From NCBI RefSeq assembly GCF_000281045.1, contig NW_008246070.1:335272-378978 (forward strand): DNA of 43,707 bases. The letters are read 5' to 3'. A program made the position numbers and the translations under genes. The notes under the pieces were generated by a model. That model was given only the letters and a program-made list of their open reading frames with translations. It was not told where the DNA came from and searched no databases. This DNA comes from Saprolegnia diclina VS20 (lineage: Eukaryota). Below, in pieces: positions 1 through 11,454 of this stretch. The first letter of the stretch is position 1; each line of letters starts with the position of its first letter.

Positions 1-9
1 ACGAGATAG

Positions 10-190
10 CGCGCTGGACAAGGAGAACGACCGGGTGGAAGCGCGGCCGATGCACGGGAAGAGCGTCGTGGGACCGAAGGCAACTGCCGGCCTGCACTCC
101 ATGTGCTACCGCCCCGCCGGCGACAGCGCAGGTCCGTGACCTCGTCCTGTACGATGAGCTCAAGTGATGGCGGGATGTAGAGCCCCACTA
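10..190 (+). CDS. Possible 3' end of an upstream gene (partial, hypothetical)
   Basis: Open frame ALDKENDRVEARPMHGK...GDSA is followed by a GT...TGTAG intron-like segment (about 132-180) and a short terminal exon ending TAA. No recognisable domain. Confidence 0.25.
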
Positions 191-476
191 ACGTTAGCAG
201 ACGATCAAGCCATACGACCAGGAGCGGCAAGAAGCGAGTGGCCGACGCCAAGCCCGGTGCCAAACGCGAACCCCAAGAGGTACCATCGGCCAGCTCTGGC
301 AGGGATTGACCGACTGCAATCTAGGCTGCGACTGCAGTGATGAGCTTCCATTACGCGGTCCTCACTCTGTGGTCATGAGGTCTACTATACATGCACTGAT
401 AGTGCAAGTGGTGGTGACACGGAGGTTTGATTATTTGGAGCACTTCCACGACCGCGTCGTCGGTACACGCAGATGG

Positions 477-3400
477 TTACGGCGCGCTCGGTGGCGGAGG
501 CGGCGCTTCGGCTACGTCGCTCATATGTGCATCGTCGTCGCCGCACTTGGCGCTCTCAGCCTTTTTGGCCTTGGCGGCCTTGGCCTTGGACCGCTTCGAG
601 ACGTCGTCTTCGCACTTGACGCGCTTGGGATTGGACCCACTGCTGGGCTTAGCCTTGCGTTTCGGCGCCGTCGCAACCGGGGAGCTCGGCGGCGTGATCG
701 AGAGCGTCGGCATGAGCACAGGCGTCGCGCCCGACGCCTCCCACTCGGCCACGTCGGCCATGAACGACTGCAGCCGCGCGCCCCACGGACACGTGAGCGG
801 CAGCTTCATGTACTCGTTGAGGACGACTTGGATCTTGGCGTTCTCGAGCTTTTTGCCCGTATTGACGAGCTTGGCCACGATCTTCTTGGTCTTGGAGACC
901 CACGCGTCCATGCGCGTGAGGACGCCGCGGAGGGCAGAGAGCGCCTTGGGATCGTGCGAGCTCTCGCTGAGCACGCGGTCGAGACCTTCGTACGCCGGCT
1001 TGGGGTGGCCGTGCAGCAGCGAGACGGCCTCCACCGTCCACGGAATCGTCACGAGCACCTTTTGCATGAGCGCCACCGAGGTGAACGTCGCCTTGTACGG
1101 TTCGCACATGGAAGCCACGACGCGCAGCTGCTTGAGGTCAAACGCCTCCTTCTCGGTGACGAGCGACGCGAGGTGCGCACAAGCCATGCGCCACCACGCC
1201 TGCGCCTGCGGCAAGAGCACGTCGCGGTTCGAGATGAGCGTCTCAATGCCGCCACGAGCGGCGACCGCGCGCTCCTTGCCCTTCTCGAGGGTCACTTCGG
1301 CTTCGGCCGCCAGCTGCTTGAGTTTGTAGTGCTCCATCTTGAAGCGCGTGAGCTCGATTTCTTGCGGCGTCGTACCCGAAGCGCTCGGCGCCGCGTCCAT
1401 GGGCTTGGACTGGATCGGTGCGTGGTGCGGCGGCGGCGGGTGGTGCGGCGGGTGGTGGTGCGGCGGATGGTGGCTGTGGTGGTGGTACATGCTGCTGTGG
1501 TGGTCTACAAGCAGTGGCGGGAGGCCGTTCGTCTTGGCCATGATGCTCGGAAGCGGCTGCAGCGGCGGAAGACTGCTCATGGACGACCCGGACGCGTGGT
1601 TATGGTACGGACTCCGGAGCATGGGCGCCGCATACGACGACGCCTTGTACAGGGGCTGCATCCCGGTCGGCGACGGGTGCTGCGGAAACGGCAGCGCGAT
1701 CGATGGAAGGTACTTGGGCGGAGTCTCTTCGTGCATCTTCTCAAGGTACTGGACGTGCTGGCCAATCGCCGTCACTTGGGCCTGAAGCTCCATGACAGCG
1801 ACATGCGCCTTGTCGACATCGCGCTCTTCCTTCTTGACCTTGCGCATCGCGACGCTAAATGCCTTCTCATGGGCCTTGTCCTCAAGCTCAAACAGCTGCT
1901 TGGTGGAGCCGTCGATCCCGTCGAGGAGGTGCTTGAGCTCTTGAAGAAGGCCGCAGGACGGACACACATAGTCCTCGACCTTCTCGGCCTTTTCTTTCGA
2001 GAGGCCAATGCACGTATCGTGGAACCAGTCGTCGCAGAGGTCGCAGCCGATCATGAGGCCGTCGTACGGCTGTCGGCAGATACAGTACTGCTCCGTCGCC
2101 GACACGAGTACGTCGCGGTGCATGTCAAAGTCGACGAGGAACCGACCAGTCGTGTACTCGTGGAGAAGGTCGACGAGGACGGCGACCTTGGCGTGCCCAG
2201 CATCCAGCCCGGACGCCTTGAGTCGCTCTTCCCACGCCGACGCTTGTACGACGTGCGTGTGCAAATGCCTCCACGCGGTCGCAATCACCTTGAGCTTGGA
2301 CCCGTCTTCGACGAGTGCCGACGCAGCATGGAGCGGCATGCGTGTACTGGTCGAGATCCGTGGTTTGAGGGTCTTTTTCGCTTTGAGCAGCCACATTTTT
2401 GTCTTCTTGAGCTCGACCCAGAGCACGCGGTCGTCCGCCTGAAGCGCGTCCGCCTGCGCGATCGCTGTCTCGACGTCCTGGAGCGGGAATGCGTTGCTGT
2501 TGAGTCGCGACTCGAGCGATGTGATCCACGCTTGCGTGTCGGTGCGCTGCGTTTCGAGCAGCGGCAGCGGCCAAAAGAGGCTTGCATTCCACAAGTGCGA
2601 CGACGGGAGCGAGCTCGAGGCCATGAGCGCACTACCAGTCTCGACGATCTTGGTCAGCGTGTGCACGTTCTCGCCTTGGATAACGGCGCGGGCATCGCTG
2701 AACCAGTCGAGCGCCTTGACCAGAGCCTGCAGCATGGACGCCTCGGTCGTCGCAATGCTCGCATTCGACTGCCCGAGGAGCTCGAGTGCACGCGCGGCCG
2801 CCGCTTCGACGATGTGGACGGCATCCTTCTCAGCGTCGCTCGTCTCAACTTCGGGCTCGTCGTCCTTGACCCGCGTCTCGAGGGCTGCAATGTACCCGAG
2901 GCCCGTCTCGATCGCGTCTGCAATTGGACGCCAGTCGACCGTTGACGTCGCCGCGTCACTCGACTCTTTCTGACGCGTGCCCGAGAGAATGCGCACAATG
3001 TCGACCACGATCGACGAGTCGAGCGACGGCAGCTCCGTGGTGTGCGCAATCATGGGCACCGGCGTCGCGTCACAGCGGACGTCGACCTTGTCCTCCATGT
3101 CCTGGTTCTCTTCCGTCATTTCGGCAGCGTTGCTCACAGCAGCTTGGAGCGGCGACGACGGTGCGGCCGCAATGCGTAGCTGCAGACGGTCCCACGACGC
3201 ACGCCGAGCCGCCACGTACTGCGTGTCCATCGAGCGCAACGTATCGCACGCGGCGAGCAGCGACGGGACGCTGTCGGTAAACCAATCTTGCACGCGCGCT
3301 TGCCACGTCACTGACGCGGCCATCTCGGCGGCGAGGGCGGCTTCGTCGTCAGGGAAACGGTACACGAGCGAGTCGCACTGCGCTTGGAGCGCCATGAGCA

Positions 3401-5797
3401 CGTCGGCGCTGACGCCGTGGTCGTTGCCAGAGGTGCTGCTGCGCTTCGTGAGGCGCCGGCCCGACACTTGCTTGGCATTGCAGATGGCGCGCACGCGCGT
3501 GAGCCAATCCCGTGACGTGACGACGGCAGCGCGCAGGTCGTCCGTCTTGGCGACGTAGCACGCAAAGGCGTCCAAAGCCTCGAGCGCCGCCAAGGCTTTT
3601 TGGAACGCCTGGTCGCCGTCCGTGGTGTCGAGGCTCGCTGCACAGAGCGCTTCGAGCTCGGCACATTTTCCGAGAAGGCCTTCGAGCGGCTCAATGTACG
3701 CGCTGACGTCGACGCGCAACGAGGTGGCTTCGCTGAGCTTGGCTTGGACAGCAGCGACCGACGGTTTGGTGGCCACTGTGTGCTTTGGTCCCTTGACCCG
3801 ACTCGACTCGCCAGCAAAGAGGCGCGCACACGTCGCGGATCCTAGGAGCTCGTGCAATTCCGAGAGCCAAGCATCCGCTTGCTCGATGCACACTAGCATC
3901 TCGGCTTCGACGCTCGGCTTCCAGAGCTCGCGGCTCGTGGGGTGCATGCGCTTCCGTAGCTTTTGTGCCTACAGAATGCGGATGAGTCCAGAGGACCCAA
4001 GCATGAGAAGCATACGTCTTTGATGATGTGGCGGAGGCGGTCGAGCGAGCTCTTCTCGGCCAACGCTTGTGTGGCTTCGTCGACCCACTCGCGGCCTTCG
4101 ATGATGGCAGCGAGGTGGGACGTCTGCTCCATGACGACAGGCATGTCATGGCCTTCGTCCAAGAGTTCGCGAAGCGCGTCCACCGAGATGGTGGCGACGT
4201 TTGCGTCGGCAATCGCACTCTGTACGCGGGACGACCACTCGTCGGCGTACGCGAGGAGGTCCTCCATCTCCTGCATCTCGGACGACTGGTCGTCAATCGG
4301 CGCGTTCTTAACGAGGTCGTGGACCGTCGAAAGGTCCATCTTGGACCGACCGGCCTCTTGCATGTTGCGCGACGACTGCCGCTTTGTCGGCGGAATGCAC
4401 TTGCGCGCGCGCTCGAGCCACTTTTGCGCCGACACCATCTTGGATTTCAGCGGCTCGACGATGCTCTGCAGGTCGACGGGGACCCCCTCGACACGAGCGA
4501 GAATGTCCCGGATGGCCGGCACGCTCACCTTCTCCATCGCCAAAAGCGACGAGATCTGCGCCTCCAGATCCTCGGCGTCCGAGATGATGCGCTCGAGGGT
4601 GTCTTCTTGGCCAAAGTGGATCGCGTACTGCTGTACATGACCAAGGAGCTCCTTGAGCTACCGATATATGTGCGGTCAGATCTTATGCACGGGGTAGATA
4701 CAAGCGGTACCGTGCGCAGATCGATCTTGACCATCTTGCGACCTTTCGGACGGTCGTACATTGTTTTAAAGAGGCTGCTCTTGGCGTCTTCGAACGCAGC
4801 GACACGCGCGCTGAGCACGTCGCGCTCCGACAAGACGCAGCGGAGGTCCTTGGCCGTGTACAGCAACGCTTGGATGTCGGCCACCGTGCACTTGCGCCCG
4901 CCGAGATCCACGCACGCTTGCTGCCAGTCGTCGACGCGCTGGAGCGTCGCCTTGAGAACGTACAGCTCCTTGCTTTCGGCTTCGGACGGCGGGCACGACC
5001 GGACGAGCTCCTGCATCTCGCGCACGCTTGTGTCGTCGATGACGTCGTGGCCAATGACCGTGAGCGCGCGGACCATCCACTCTTGGATCTTGGCCTTTTG
5101 CGACTTTTTCGCGTTTGCGTCGTCCGTCGCGCGCGGCTCGGGCAGCATGGCAAAGCCGTGGGCGGCGTAGAGGTGGCAGGCGGCCGAGACCGGGTCGTTG
5201 CCGTGGCGGTGCAGGTACGAGAGCGCGTTTGCGGTCGTCGCGTGCACCGTGCCATGCATGTACCCGTTGCAAAGCGAGGTCGCAAACTTGATGTACTTGT
5301 CGACGTGCTTGTCGCCTGTCGTCACGCTCAGCGCGTCGGTCGGATAGAAGAGTGGTACCTTTGAGCGCAGCCATCGAATACACCTGGTGGGGGATGCTCG
5401 GGCTCGCGCTCACCGAGCTCGGGTCCATCTCGATGTCGCCGTCGTCGTTCTCGTCGTCGTCGTCGTCGGCTCTCCGAGCCCGCGCGGTCGTCGCGGCGCC
5501 GTCGCTCGCCGACTGCAGCGGCGGAATCGTCGCTTGGTACCGCTTGCCGAGCCGCACTTTCGGCACGAACGCCGGCCCAGCGCTCACAGCGGTCGGCGGC
5601 CACGGTCCTGCGCCCTTATCGGCGTCCTGTGCCCGTCGCTTCTTGCCCGCGACGAGGTCTATCCACGGAAGCGCATGAGCATCGACGCGTTGGCGAGGCC
5701 TGGAGGCCCATGGCCGGCGAACGCGAGGTCGAACGCATTGCCATCCTCACGGACGACGTCTTGGCGTCTTCGTACCTCCATCTGCTCTCTCCGCCAT
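477..5797 (-). CDS. Large multi-exon chromatin protein: N-terminal ELM2-like motif, PLU-1-like helical repeats, PHD finger (KDM5-like C-terminal half, no JmjC seen)
   Basis: ORFs 4766-5587, 4525-5325, 3893-4543 and 477-3947 join through GT-AG introns at about 5775-5659, 5358-5316, 4710-4658 and 4016-3970. PHD C4HC3 YCICRQPYDGLMIGCDLCDDWFHDTC...YVCPSC at about 2090-1953. VRLGKRYQATIPPL resembles an ELM2 start. W..rv helical repeats recur, and the C-terminus is Lys-rich. The start codon (MAERADG|DLVAGKK) is inferred. Confidence 0.8.
1420..1505 (-). repeat. His/Pro low-complexity coding tract (HHSSMYHHHSHHPPHHHPPHHPPPPHH)
   Basis: Imperfect ggtggtgcggc units on the + strand, within the PHD gene. 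Confidence 0.8.
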
Positions 5798-6161
5798 GCT
5801 TCCGTCGCCCGATGGTTCGTGGCGACGAGGACCCTCGGGAAGAACAACACCAATGCGCTTGCATCCCATATTTTCGACTTTTCCGGAAATTCCGGATACG
5901 GTTGCCTCGATCTCACGCAGCCAGGCGCCGCAGCCCGCAGCAGGCTGGCGTATCGACGCCGCCATGGCCGTTCGCCGACGACTCGCCCGTGCTCGCTTCC
6001 GTGGTGGGCTTCTCCTAGGGTCTAGCATGGCGCGCACCTGTTCTAGGGCTCGAGGTACAAGGATAAGGATTCCGCAGCCAAGGCGCGTTGCGGATGTGGC
6101 AGGTCGCCTCCTGTCTCGGGAACGCTGGCGTGCAAGGTGCGAAGGTGGTGTAGTACATAGA

Positions 6162-7995
6162 TTATGGTTTCTTGTAGAAGCGGTTGAGCGCCGTCGGCGC
6201 GCTCTCGACCTTGTCCTTCCACTGCTTGTCCGCGTTGGCCTTGGCTTCGTCCTTGGCCTTCGTCTCGAGCGCGTCGCGGTACTTCTGCTTTTCAATGTCG
6301 ACGACGTTTTGCTGCTTCTTGCGGAGCTTGCGCGACGGGCGGTTCTTGCCGCGCATCTTCTTCTTGGGCTTGCCCGCGGCCTCCTCGTTGTTGGCCTTGT
6401 ACATGGTCTCCATCTTTGACGTATGTTCGTCGTTGGCGTTGGCGTCGATGCGGCCGATCGCCATCGGGTTGAGCGTGATCATCTCAGGGCGGAGCTTCTC
6501 GAGGAGCGACTTGATCTCGGTCTCGCGGCGCTGCTTGGTGCTCTCGAACGGGTTGGCTTCGAACGAGTCAAAGTTGGGCTCACCGGCGCCCGGCACGATA
6601 ATGTTGGCAAGCCCCTTGGAGTGGCCAATCGACAGCACATCTTCGTACGGCCGGAAGCGGAGGCTCGTCGCCTGGCGTGCCGGCATGCGGTGCGTCATGT
6701 ACGGCGCCTGCGCCTTGGTCGTCAGCGCGTTGTGCCACACCTCGACGTTCGGGCCATAGCCCACGGCCACCATGCCGCGGTCGCTGACATCGATCGTCTC
6801 GGCGATGCCGCGGAGGTAGTACTGGTGCAGCTGCTTGTACGTGCGGAGGTCAAACACGCGCATCTTGTGGTCGCTGCCCGTGCTCACGAGGTACTTGCCG
6901 CTGCGGTCCACCGCGAGAGCGCGGACTAGGCGCATGTCAGCATGAGTCGTCGCGCAAAGTCAAATCGTCGTACCCGGGCCGTCGTGGCACTTGATCTTGA
7001 CGACCGCTTCGTTGAGGTTGGGCGTCCAAAGCGTCACGATGCCGCTCGCGTGACCGAGGTTGATGACGGCGTTGTGCTTGTTCTACGCAAGACGGTCGCA
7101 ACGCTGGGAGATGGCGAGCCGGACGCACCTGGACCATGACGTCGCACATGCCGAGCTTCGTCTTGTGGTTGGCGATTTGCGTCCCCGTCGTCACGTCGTT
7201 GTACGAGAGGATGCCGCCGCCGCCCACGCACGCGAGGAGGAAGTGGTACGGAAGGAACTCGAGCGCCTTCGGGTCGCTCATGGTGCGGAGGCAGTGCGCC
7301 TCGGCGCCCGTGTGGTCGTAAATGTACGCGTACTTCTTTTGCGCGACAGCAAAGAGCGAGTTGTTGTGGAGGAACTTGACGTCGCGGACCGACTCCTTGA
7401 CGTGGAACTCGCAGCCGAGGTTCATGCGCAGCGCGTCAAACACGGCAATGTGGCCCTTGGCGCCGCCGAGGATCAAGTTACGGCCGTTCCGCGTGTAGTC
7501 GATCTTGTAAGGCCCAAACGTGTCGAGGTTCAAGTCGAAGATCTTGTTGGCCGTGTTGATGTCGACATGGTCTGCGAGCTGCGCCTGCGTGAATCGATGC
7601 GTCTTCTCGAGGCCTTCTGCGACCATGATCCTACGCGTTTTGCATGAGCATTGGGGTTGAAGTCATCATGCTTGTGTGTACCCCGATTCTTCGGGCAGGA
7701 GGATCTCGGCCTTCGCCGCCTGCAACGCCGCTTCCGAGAACTTCTTGTCGCTGCGCTTTAGCTCCGACTTGAGCTTCTTATCGGACGTGTTCTGTAGGCC
7801 ATGACCATACATGAGCTTGGGTCCAGAATCATAGCGACAGAAAATGGGGCGTACGTGGATGACGCGGCCTTCCGGCGCAGGGCGCAGGTACTTGCCGACG
7901 TTCTTCGTCTTGGGCTTCTTGACGTTCGTCGGCTTCATGTCCTGGCCAAGGCGCTTGGGCGCCCGGCGCTCGTCAACCACCTCGCTGTCGCTCAT
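6162..7995 (-). CDS. UTP7: U3 snoRNP / SSU processome WD40 protein UTP7 (WDR46/BING4)
   Basis: Motifs FDLNLDTFGPYKIDYTRNGRNLILGG, LEFLPYHFLL and the BING4-CT signature PGAGEPNFDSFEANPFESTKQRRETEIKSLLEKL. The ORF pieces join through short GT-AG introns. ATG at 7995 (MSDSEVV). Confidence 0.95.
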
Positions 7996-8023
7996 GCTGC
8001 TAAGATCGATGAACACTCGGCTT

Positions 8024-8610
8024 TTGGTTAGACCAACCAATCTGCAGCATCCAATAACCAATCAGAGAATCGACATACACTAATTTCAGACCAAACCCCT
8101 GTGCTGATTGGTGGAAAGACGGCGAGCGTCCACAGCGTGCCACGACAGCGACGACGAGACAGAAGGAGGTTCGTTCATATGCAACGTTATGAGCACCGAG
8201 AAGAGCATACTGCGTCAAAGCCATTGACGCGCAAGCACATTTATAGAGGCTTCTTACGAGGTAGACGATCGATCGCGGACCAATCGCGAATGTCCATGGA
8301 GCAACTGCCGGCGCCGTCCCATCGCAGCCCAAGCATGTAGCAACACCAATACTCTACATACCAGAGTTCTGCCCCGAAGAGACATCATCCGAAAGCGCTG
8401 GCACAGGCGCACATCTCGCACCTCAGTCAACGAGCCATGAGATGTCTAGTCTTGGCTGTGCAGCTCTGTGGCGCCCAAGACCGACGTGCTCGCAGCCGCA
8501 GTCTAGAGCTTGTTGCTAGTCGCCACCATACTGGCCGCTGCCCTCCGCTTCGAGGTGGCTGCTCGCTGTGCGATCGGCGAGGTTATCCGGACTGGCCAAT
8601 CGTGATTGGT
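8024..8610. promoter_or_regulatory. Divergent promoter (UTP7 / R3H gene) with a CCAAT-box cluster
   Basis: CCAAT at 8037, 8051, 8058, 8280, 8346 and 8596; ATTGG at 8107 and 8605. Inverted pair CCAATC-gt-GATTGG at 8596-8609. Confidence 0.65.
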
Positions 8611-8717
8611 CGGTCCGAAATTATACGAATTTAATACACGGGCCGAAAACAAGCTTGAGATTTGTATGCGCGCATCCACTCTAGCAACAAATCCTCCGGC
8701 TGAGGCAGGAGCGATCG

Positions 8718-9881
8718 ATGGCAGAGCACCGCGAGCAGCCGCCGACGAGCATGGCTCGCGCCGACGATAGCTGGGAGCACGTGGCTGAGGAAGAGGTAGC
8801 CAAGAAGCTCTCGAGCATGCAGATCCACGTGCCCAAAAACGACCCGCCGTCCAACGATGGCGCCACGACGGCGACGCTGTCGAGCCCTGTGAGCCGCGGT
8901 GGCGCCGCGGCCGTCTCTGCTGCGTCATCTTCTGGCCCACTCGACCCTGTCTTGGTCGGTGCGCTCGAGAACCCTCGCGAGCGCTTGACGCTACTCAAGT
9001 TTGAAGATCAGATCGTCAGCTTCATCCGCGCCGGCCGGTATGCCCTCATGCCCCTTCTGGTCGCGCTCACATATTGGGGTGCTTCTAGGGAGATGCAACT
9101 CGTGTTTCCGCCGCTCTCATCGTACCACCGGCTGATCGTGCATCGACTCGCCGACCGTTGCTTTCTCGAGCACGAAACAGGAGATTACAACCCGTACGCT
9201 GGCGGCTTTGACGCTGGGAGCGCGGCGCGGGTTGTCACGCTCTTTCGGACACCGCGCTGCGCCGTGCCGCCCGTCCTCTTTATCGACCTCTCGGCCGAGC
9301 AGAACCAGCCGCAGCCGCCGCACCACCACACGATCGCGCCCAAGATCATGACGCGCAAGACCAACAATGACAAACAGAAGAAGCACGCCAAGACGCCGGG
9401 CGCCGACGCACGGTCGCGGAACCTCGAAGACCGCGAAAAGGCGTATGCCGAAGCTCGCGCGCGCATCTTTGGCGAGACGGCCGACGCGCCGGCCAAAGCA
9501 GCGCCGACCAAAGCCGCCAAGCAGCCCGAGAAGCCGCGGCCGCAAAACTGGAAAGAGAGCAAAGTGACGTGGCGCAACCGCGAGCAAGAACTCAACGATC
9601 CGGACTTTACGCGGCACCGAACGCCGTACCGAGCGCCGCCGACGTACCACCAGCACCAGCCGTCGCCGGTCGGGTACTATGCGCCGCGGCCGGTTCTGGA
9701 CCCGACCAACGAGTACAGTCGAGGCGATGCGAGTGCGTACCGGCCGCCCCCACCGCCGAACAGCTACTACCAGCAACCGCCGCCGCGGAGCTACTCGGGC
9801 TTTGCGCCGCGACCGATGCAGCGGACTCTCGAGAAGCCCAACCTCACGTGCACCGACGACTTTCCGCCGCTCGGCCAGTAA
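8718..9881 (+). CDS. R3H- and SUZ-domain RNA-binding protein
   Basis: R3H: FPPLSSYHRLIVHRLADRCFLEH. SUZ: RNLEDREKAYAEARARIFG. Pro/Tyr/Gln-rich tail ending DDFPPLGQ. In-frame 51-nt intron at 9038-9088 (GTATGC...CTAG). Confidence 0.9.
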   Translation: MAEHREQPPTSMARADDSWEHVAEEEVAKKLSSMQIHVPKNDPPSNDGATTATLSSPVSRGGAAAVSAASSSGPLDPVLVGALENPRERLTLLKFEDQIVSFIRAGRYALMPLLVALTYWGASREMQLVFPPLSSYHRLIVHRLADRCFLEHETGDYNPYAGGFDAGSAARVVTLFRTPRCAVPPVLFIDLSAEQNQPQPPHHHTIAPKIMTRKTNNDKQKKHAKTPGADARSRNLEDREKAYAEARARIFGETADAPAKAAPTKAAKQPEKPRPQNWKESKVTWRNREQELNDPDFTRHRTPYRAPPTYHQHQPSPVGYYAPRPVLDPTNEYSRGDASAYRPPPPPNSYYQQPPPRSYSGFAPRPMQRTLEKPNLTCTDDFPPLGQ

Positions 9882-9913
9882 GAGGCGTGTATAAAGAACG
9901 TCCATTTTATTAA

Positions 9914-11344
9914 CTAGACCTGGCGCTTCTGCTGCTTGTGGTGCTTCTTGCCCGACTGCTTGCGTTTTCGCTTGGCGTCCTACACCATTGCTTGTCGCTC
10001 GCGCCATGACAATGACGACGACTACCTGCCGCTTGCGCTGGAGCTTGTGGTACTGTTTGAGCGTCGCGTGGTCCTCGGCCGACGTGTTGGTCTCGGCCCT
10101 ACGCATGTTGCTGAGGCGACCAGCCATGTTTGTATCGTACCTTGCTTGGAGCACGCGGTAAAGGGCGCTCTTGCGCTGGTTGGTGGCAAGGAGGTGGCGC
10201 GCAAGCTCCTGCTCGCACTTGCGGAGCTCAACGCTCACCTCGTCGTCGTCTCGGGCGACCGCCGCATCGTCGTCAGCGTCCAAGACCCCAATGGCCTCGA
10301 GCTCCTTGCGCAAGAAGACGTTGGCCTCGTCCACATCGACGTGGAAGCTGGCTGGCGTCTCGAGTGGTTTGCAGTCGACGTCCGACGCCTCGTCGTGCTC
10401 GCCTTCTTCCACTAGGGCACCGAGAAGTCGCTACACACCTTGGTCAGTCATGTGCTCTCGATGCGAGGTTGCGTACGCTCGTGAGACAGTCGGTTGGCGG
10501 CGACAGCTTGTCGAGGAGCACGGGACGGTCGGACGACGCCAACGAGGATGTCGAGCCGTCGTCCGAGTCTGTCGCGGGCTCCAAGGGACTGGATACCCTT
10601 GCTACACCATCGACATGTGTCCACGGTGCGGAGAAGACGACCGACGTACGATGCTCAATTTCGAGGGCGCGGTCGACCTCGAGCGACGAGAGGTGTTTGA
10701 AAAAACCAAAGTCGTGGAGGAACTGCCAGCAGCCCGTGGTCGTACATGGCGCATCGTCTACACACTCGGTTCGTCAAGATAAGGCGAAAGAGCATGCTAC
10801 CTGGTGCTGCTTGCGTGTCGCCGAGGTTTGGATCGCTCGGCGGCGGTGGTATTACGCCATCGCCTTCGGTCCGTGGCTGCTTGCAGGGTATTGCTGCCAC
10901 CGCGGCTGTCGCTGCAAGCGCCGGCGCAGATACAATAGGCTCGCTCGTGACGTGGCCGGCATGATGTGATCGCTTGTGCGAGCGCTTTGTCTTTCGTTTT
11001 GCGTGCACAGCGGACGGCGTCTCGAGCACAGTCTCGGTGACTCCGTGCGCGATCCATTGGTCGAGCTCGAGGAGCTTCCGCCGAAAGTCATCGAGCTGGT
11101 CCTGCACGACGCGGTTGGCACTGCGCAGCTCTTGGAGCACGCGCGACGACGTCTGCCGCTTCATGCCCCGAAAGGACTCGGGCGTGCTGGTCGTTTTCTT
11201 GATCGTCGGAAAGTGCACGTGCTCGACCCAGAGCTGCCCAGGCGCTGCGGCGTCGTCCGGCCGCTTGGCGCCAGCAGGTGCTGCTGCGTCAGCGGTTCGT
11301 CGCACGCCCAGCGGCGGCTCGGCGAAGACAGACGCGTGGACCAT
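9914..11344 (-). CDS. ADA3: ADA3/TADA3-like SAGA HAT-module subunit (multi-exon)
   Basis: FLRKELEAIGVLDADDD...DDEVSVELRKCEQELARHLLATNQRKSAL matches the remembered Ada3 C-terminal pattern (L.eEL...Gll...DDEvlaELRk.Q.EL....N..k). The exon CWQFLHDFGFFKHLSSLEV resembles the Ada3 FW..ve.y block. The last exon DAKRKRK...RQV ends at the TAG at 9914. Start codon uncertain. Confidence 0.7.
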
Positions 11345-11454
11345 CGGCGACCGGGCTGCGTGACGCTTTGTGAAATTCTGACCGAATTTTTATTTCCTCG
11401 ACTCAGACCACGCATACAAAAGCTAGTTTCTTTTTTAAATCGCACCGTTCGACA

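Noticed and set aside
306..2945. 879-aa plus-strand ORF and other long shadow ORFs (e.g. 23685-25151, 28788-29969, 34633-35751)
   Set aside because: They are antisense to well-supported genes and Arg/Val/Leu-rich, as expected from GC-biased codon usage. No domains.
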